Origin: Candidatus Falkowbacteria bacterium | Lineage (GTDB): Bacteria > Patescibacteriota > Patescibacteriia > JAACEG01 | Length of the DNA stretch: 64,000 bases | Direction: 5' to 3' | Assembly (NCBI GenBank): GCA_018651725.1 | Contig: JABIDK010000002.1 | Coordinates: 36,904-100,903 of the forward strand | Shown here: positions 59,724-64,000 of the stretch, in pieces | Numbering within the stretch: position 1 is the first letter of the stretch | Layout of the letters: every line of letters begins with the position of its first letter | Translations under genes and position numbers: made by a program | Notes under the pieces: model-generated | The model's database searches: none | Told to the model about the DNA's origin: nothing | Seen by the model: the letters and a program-made list of their open reading frames with translations, nothing else

Positions 59724-59752
59724 TTGCAAAAAATTCAAGGAAGGTTTAAAAT
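59724..59752 (+). promoter_or_regulatory. Sigma-70 promoter of the sugar transferase
   Basis: TTGCAA-N17-TAAAAT. Confidence 0.55.
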
Positions 59753-59754
59753 AT

Positions 59755-59840
59755 ATAGGTCTATTACATAATAAGCTATGTTACGAAATTTCCTCAAAAT
59801 CTGGGGATTGTAGTAATAGCTTATTATGTAATAGACCTAT
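59755..59840. repeat. Perfect 25-bp inverted repeat with 36-nt spacer
   Basis: ATAGGTCTATTACATAATAAGCTAT (59755-59779) and ATAGCTTATTATGTAATAGACCTAT (59816-59840). Confidence 0.95.
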
Positions 59841-59843
59841 CGT

Positions 59844-61223
59844 ATGAACTTAACTCAAAACACAAAAAAACTTGTCTTATTAGGTGGAGATATTACGATT
59901 CTCTATATTTCTTTATATTTAACTCTTATAGTCCGTTACAGTTGGCCTTTTGAAAATGGGTTATGGGAAAAACACTTTAACCCCTTTACAGTGGTATTTT
60001 TAATTTGGCTTATAGTATTTTATATATTTGGACTCTACGAAACAACTAAACAAAGAAACATTCTTCCATTCTACACTCTTCTTGGAAAAACCATAGGCGT
60101 AAACGCGGTTATTGTTATTACTTTTTTCTATTCAATACCTAATCTTGGAATTAGTCCGAAAAGAGTTTTGATTTTTTATTTAATTATTTCAACGATTTTA
60201 ATTTATGTTTGGAGACGGATTTATAATAGCCTTCTACGGTCAAAAGCAGCAGAAAATAATATTTTGATTATCGGTATTAACGACCGAGTGAAAGAAATAA
60301 TAGATCATATTAAAAAAAATCCTCAACTTGGTTATCGTGTAAAAACCATTATTAACGACGAAAACAAAAATACCGATGATATTAAAGGGGAAAAGAAAAT
60401 AATTAATGGTCCGGATTTTGATTTATCAAAAATAATCAAAGAAGAAAATATCCAAACAGTTGTTAATTCTATTGACCATCGTTACAATCAGCAACTAACA
60501 AAACAGCTTTATCAAAATCTGTCTTCGAAACTTTCATTTTTTGATTTACCGACTTTTTATGAAGAATTAATTGGTAAAATTCCGGTTAATTTAATCAATG
60601 AAATTTGGTTCTTAGAAAATTTACAAGAAAATAAAAAAAATATCCACGAGACCTTTAAAAGGCTAATGGATATAATTTTATCTGTACTCGGATTGATCAT
60701 TTCGATTCCTTTACTACCTCTACTTGCAGTTGCAATTAAACTAGACAGCAGGGGGCCTATATTTTTTACTCAAACCAGAACTGGAAAAGATAATAAAAAA
60801 TTCTTGGCAATGAAGCTTCGAACAATGATTGACGGTGCAGAGAAAAACGGAGCGCAGTGGGCAAAAGAAAATGATTCTCGCATAACAAAGCTTGGAAATT
60901 TTTTAAGAAAAACCAGAATCGATGAAATCCCGCAACTCTTAAATGTCTTGCGCGGAGAAATGAGCTTCATCGGCCCAAGACCAGAGCGACCGGAATTTAT
61001 TACAACCCTGGAAGAACATATTCCATTTTACAAACAACGCTTAATCGTCAAGCCCGGTCTAACCGGTTGGGCTCAAATTAATTTCCCCTACGGAGCCTCG
61101 ATCGAGGATGCCATGGAAAAAATGCAATACGATTTATTTTACATTAAAAATAGATCTATAATTTTAGATATAAGTATAATTCTAAAAACCGTAAATACGG
61201 TGTTACGTGGTGGAGGGAGATAA
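59844..61223 (+). CDS. Polyprenyl glycosylphosphotransferase (WcaJ/WbaP-like priming sugar transferase)
   Basis: KRLMDI, KLRTM, RIDEIPQL.NV.RGEMS.IGPRPE and KPGLTGWAQ motifs. Confidence 0.95.
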   Translation: MNLTQNTKKLVLLGGDITILYISLYLTLIVRYSWPFENGLWEKHFNPFTVVFLIWLIVFYIFGLYETTKQRNILPFYTLLGKTIGVNAVIVITFFYSIPNLGISPKRVLIFYLIISTILIYVWRRIYNSLLRSKAAENNILIIGINDRVKEIIDHIKKNPQLGYRVKTIINDENKNTDDIKGEKKIINGPDFDLSKIIKEENIQTVVNSIDHRYNQQLTKQLYQNLSSKLSFFDLPTFYEELIGKIPVNLINEIWFLENLQENKKNIHETFKRLMDIILSVLGLIISIPLLPLLAVAIKLDSRGPIFFTQTRTGKDNKKFLAMKLRTMIDGAEKNGAQWAKENDSRITKLGNFLRKTRIDEIPQLLNVLRGEMSFIGPRPERPEFITTLEEHIPFYKQRLIVKPGLTGWAQINFPYGASIEDAMEKMQYDLFYIKNRSIILDISIILKTVNTVLRGGGR

Positions 61224-61316
61224 AAAATCATTTAAGCATCCAAACATATTATTAGAAACCTAAAAGTTACAATTTACAAACTGCTTCGTAAAAGTGAAAA
61301 ATACACCAAAACCGAT

Positions 61317-62534
61317 ATGGTGTATTTGTTTAAAGGTGGGAGTATTTTATCTTTTGGAAAATTTTTAAACTCTCTGATAATTTTTGGGGTGTCTATTATT
61401 TGGGCCAATTTTATTCCTAAAGAAATTTATGGCCAATATAAATATTTACTGTCTTTCGTTGGAATTTTCTCTCTTTTTTCATTAACCGGAATGGGGACTG
61501 CCCTTACTCAATCATTGTCAAGAAAAGAAAATTTAAACTTAATAAATAAAGTTTTAAAAATAAAAATAAAATGGAGTCTTTTAGGGACTGTCCTGGGATT
61601 AATCTTATCAGCTTATTATTTCTTTCTTAAATCAAATCCAATTCTAGCCACAACCTTTTTACTTATTTCTATTTTTCATATATTTATTAATAATTTTCCT
61701 ATTTATCAATCGATTTTAGTCGGTCAAAGAAAATTTGACACATTAATTAAAACAAACATTTTAATAAATTTAATATCGTCTTTAGCAACCATCATTACCA
61801 TACTTTTAACTGAAAATCTAATTATTCTTCTTTTTGTTTATTTAATTATAAATAGTTTCTTGCAAGTTAAAACATTTTTTTATATTAAAAATAAATACAC
61901 AAAAGAGGCAGAGAAAGACAAGGAAGAAGAGCAAGAAGTAGTAAAATACGGGAAACAACTAAGTGCTCTTGGAATTTTATCAAACGCAGCTAATTATTTA
62001 GACTCCTTGATAATATTTAATTTTATTAGCCCTGTTAGCTTAGCTGTTTATGCATTTGCTAAAGCCCTGCCAAACCAATTTAAAGGATTAATGAAAAATA
62101 TGCATTCATTAATCGTCCCCAAAGTTAGTGGTAATGACCCCCGTGACATTAAAAATGGTCTTAATAAAAAAACATCCTATCTGATAGTAATAGGATCCAT
62201 AGTTTTCTTATTATATTTTATTTTCACCCCTTTTGTTTTTGACACCTTTTACCCAAAATATAGTGAGTCTATCAAATATACGCAATTAATAGCCTTGGGC
62301 TTTGTTGTTTTACCGGCAAGAGTTTATCTTGATTCAATTTTTAATGCTCACAGACTAAAAAAAAGTCAAAACTTTAGAACTATTTTCACAAACATTTTTT
62401 TTATAGTAACCCTTTTAATACTAACTCCTCTCTGGGGAATATACGGGGTAATAACTTCAAAATTAATTTCCTATTATGCTTCTTTTTTTCTTTCCCTGAT
62501 ATTTCTTAAAAAAGAATTAACTATAAAACTTTAA
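61317..62534 (+). CDS. Wzx-like oligosaccharide flippase (true start may be 61248)
   Basis: About 12 TMs; YGQYKY motif; open frame continues upstream to 61236. Confidence 0.85.
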   Translation: MVYLFKGGSILSFGKFLNSLIIFGVSIIWANFIPKEIYGQYKYLLSFVGIFSLFSLTGMGTALTQSLSRKENLNLINKVLKIKIKWSLLGTVLGLILSAYYFFLKSNPILATTFLLISIFHIFINNFPIYQSILVGQRKFDTLIKTNILINLISSLATIITILLTENLIILLFVYLIINSFLQVKTFFYIKNKYTKEAEKDKEEEQEVVKYGKQLSALGILSNAANYLDSLIIFNFISPVSLAVYAFAKALPNQFKGLMKNMHSLIVPKVSGNDPRDIKNGLNKKTSYLIVIGSIVFLLYFIFTPFVFDTFYPKYSESIKYTQLIALGFVVLPARVYLDSIFNAHRLKKSQNFRTIFTNIFFIVTLLILTPLWGIYGVITSKLISYYASFFLSLIFLKKELTIKL

Positions 62535-63755
62535 AATTTTATTGATCCATTTTTCTGATGAAAATTCTTCCTTAACTCTATCGAGTCCTGCTTTACCCAT
62601 TCCTTCGGCTTTAGTGGGATTTTTTAATAGATAAATTATTTTTTTTGAGATTAAATCAATATTCAAAGGATTTACAACATAGCCATTTTCTTCATCTTTT
62701 ATTGCGTCCTTACTGCCGCCAAAAATAGTGGCAACAACGGGTTTACCACAAGCCATTGCCTCCAAATTTATAGTCGGAAATGGATCCAAATAAACAGAAG
62801 GTACAATAATGATATCAGTTAGAGCATAATAAAATTTCATTTCTGTTCTAGGAACTCCGCCATTCAAAATAATATTACTTTCAAGACCAGCCTCCTTGAT
62901 AAAATTTTTCATTTTTTCAGTATAATCGTTTTTATCACCCAAAACGAATAAAACAGCGCTAGGGATATCTTTTGCAACTTCCTTCATTGATTTAATGACA
63001 ACTTCTCCGCCCTTAAGACCGCTAAGCCTGCCGGCAAATAAAATAATTTTTTTGTTTAATAAATTTTTGTTAGCTCTTATTCTTTCAACCTCTTCCATAT
63101 CCGCAGACCATTTACTAATATCAATTCCATTATTTATAACCTTGATATTTTTTATCTTATTTTGTTCTAGTGATTTTTTCAGCTCATCACTAACGCTAAA
63201 TATTTTTTTAAGATAAGAAAGGTAATGTCTTATAAAAAAATTACGGAAAGGGTTAAAAGATTTTTTACCTTTTTTAATTTGATCTTTCAAGCTTATCTTG
63301 TAATTTATATTATTTATATTTTGCAAATTATACTTTTTTGTAACAAAATGATTTAATTTAAATGAAAAAAAAGTCATAACATCATGAGCAGTAAAAAAAA
63401 CTTTATTAGTATAATCCTTAGCGATTTTCATTAAAGAAAATGGAAAATGAAAATATAAATTATGAAAATGTACTACATCCGGATTAACTTCTTTTAAAAA
63501 CTTTTTAAATTTTTTCTGGACTCTAAAATTATACAAACACAAATAAGATCTTGTGATATATCTATAATTTTTATTTTTTATTTTATAAATTTTAATACTT
63601 GATTCTTCTTGCCAACCTAGATCACTGTCAAAAGTCCCGGTAAAGACAAAGACATCGTGTCCTCTTTTTTGCAGTTCAACTGCTTGCTGATAAGCTATTC
63701 CCGAACCGCCGCCCCTATCCTTAGAAAAAAAAATACTAACTAAAACAATTTTCAT
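62517..63755 (-). CDS. Glycosyltransferase family 4
   Basis: GGGSG, GRLSGLKG and DPFPTINLEAMA motifs. Confidence 0.9.
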   Translation of the reverse strand: MKIVLVSIFFSKDRGGGSGIAYQQAVELQKRGHDVFVFTGTFDSDLGWQEESSIKIYKIKNKNYRYITRSYLCLYNFRVQKKFKKFLKEVNPDVVHFHNLYFHFPFSLMKIAKDYTNKVFFTAHDVMTFFSFKLNHFVTKKYNLQNINNINYKISLKDQIKKGKKSFNPFRNFFIRHYLSYLKKIFSVSDELKKSLEQNKIKNIKVINNGIDISKWSADMEEVERIRANKNLLNKKIILFAGRLSGLKGGEVVIKSMKEVAKDIPSAVLFVLGDKNDYTEKMKNFIKEAGLESNIILNGGVPRTEMKFYYALTDIIIVPSVYLDPFPTINLEAMACGKPVVATIFGGSKDAIKDEENGYVVNPLNIDLISKKIIYLLKNPTKAEGMGKAGLDRVKEEFSSEKWINKILKFYS

Positions 63756-63759
63756 AAAG

Positions 63760-64000
63760 CTATTTTTTTATATATCGTGATAATTCTGTAATTATTGTGC
63801 GTGAATCATCGTAAAATTTATTAAAACCCAATAAATTATTTCTAGGAAAATCAATACAGTTAATTATTTTATTTTCAATATCTTCCTTGTTATGCAATAT
63901 ATTATTCACAGAAAACCAATTATCTTTATTTCCCAAAAGTTCATTTCTTAAAACATTAATTTTTTCATCGTAAACGAAAGAAATAATCGGCAAGTAATCT
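63760..64000 (-). CDS. C-terminal fragment of a gene entering from outside the window, possibly a polysaccharide pyruvyl transferase
   Basis: Frame open to the window edge; LPIISFVYDEK resembles the PxIxxxYxxK motif. Confidence 0.45.
   Translation of the reverse strand, partial: DYLPIISFVYDEKINVLRNELLGNKDNWFSVNNILHNKEDIENKIINCIDFPRNNLLGFNKFYDDSRTIITELSRYIKK

Overview
AT-rich, gene-dense chromosomal window. Gene content points by inference to a Patescibacteria/CPR (Parcubacteria-like) bacterium: alpha2-type GlyRS, short ATP synthase delta subunit, DUF5667/ECF pair, PEGA, VanW and 3D proteins, mostly SD-less starts and heptamer/octamer intergenic repeats. Layout: (1) 1-12 kb envelope module with ECF sigma, LtaS-type enzyme, DUF5667 putative anti-sigma, a 1208-aa S-layer-like protein, a GT-C transferase, a TPR protein and an O-antigen-ligase-like protein; (2) complete F1Fo ATP synthase operon split by an antisense pair of zinc-finger ORFs; (3) housekeeping genes (tatD, ruvC, yebC, tyrS, nusA, tig, glyQS, murA, ispG, ispH); (4) a ~26 kb glycan cluster (galU, rmlABCD, many GTs, priming transferase, flippase) with nhaD, NUDIX, HIT and an S8 protease interspersed. 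I recognised no rRNA, tRNA, CRISPR array or transposase. The most notable unexplained signals are a ~410-nt highly structured transcription unit between tyrS and nusA, a second promoter-driven rod-like RNA after tig, a perfect 25-bp inverted repeat before the priming glycosyltransferase, several palindromic repeats inserted in-frame into proteins, and the antisense cassette in the atp operon. All calls come from reading the sequence and recalled family motifs; no searches were run.
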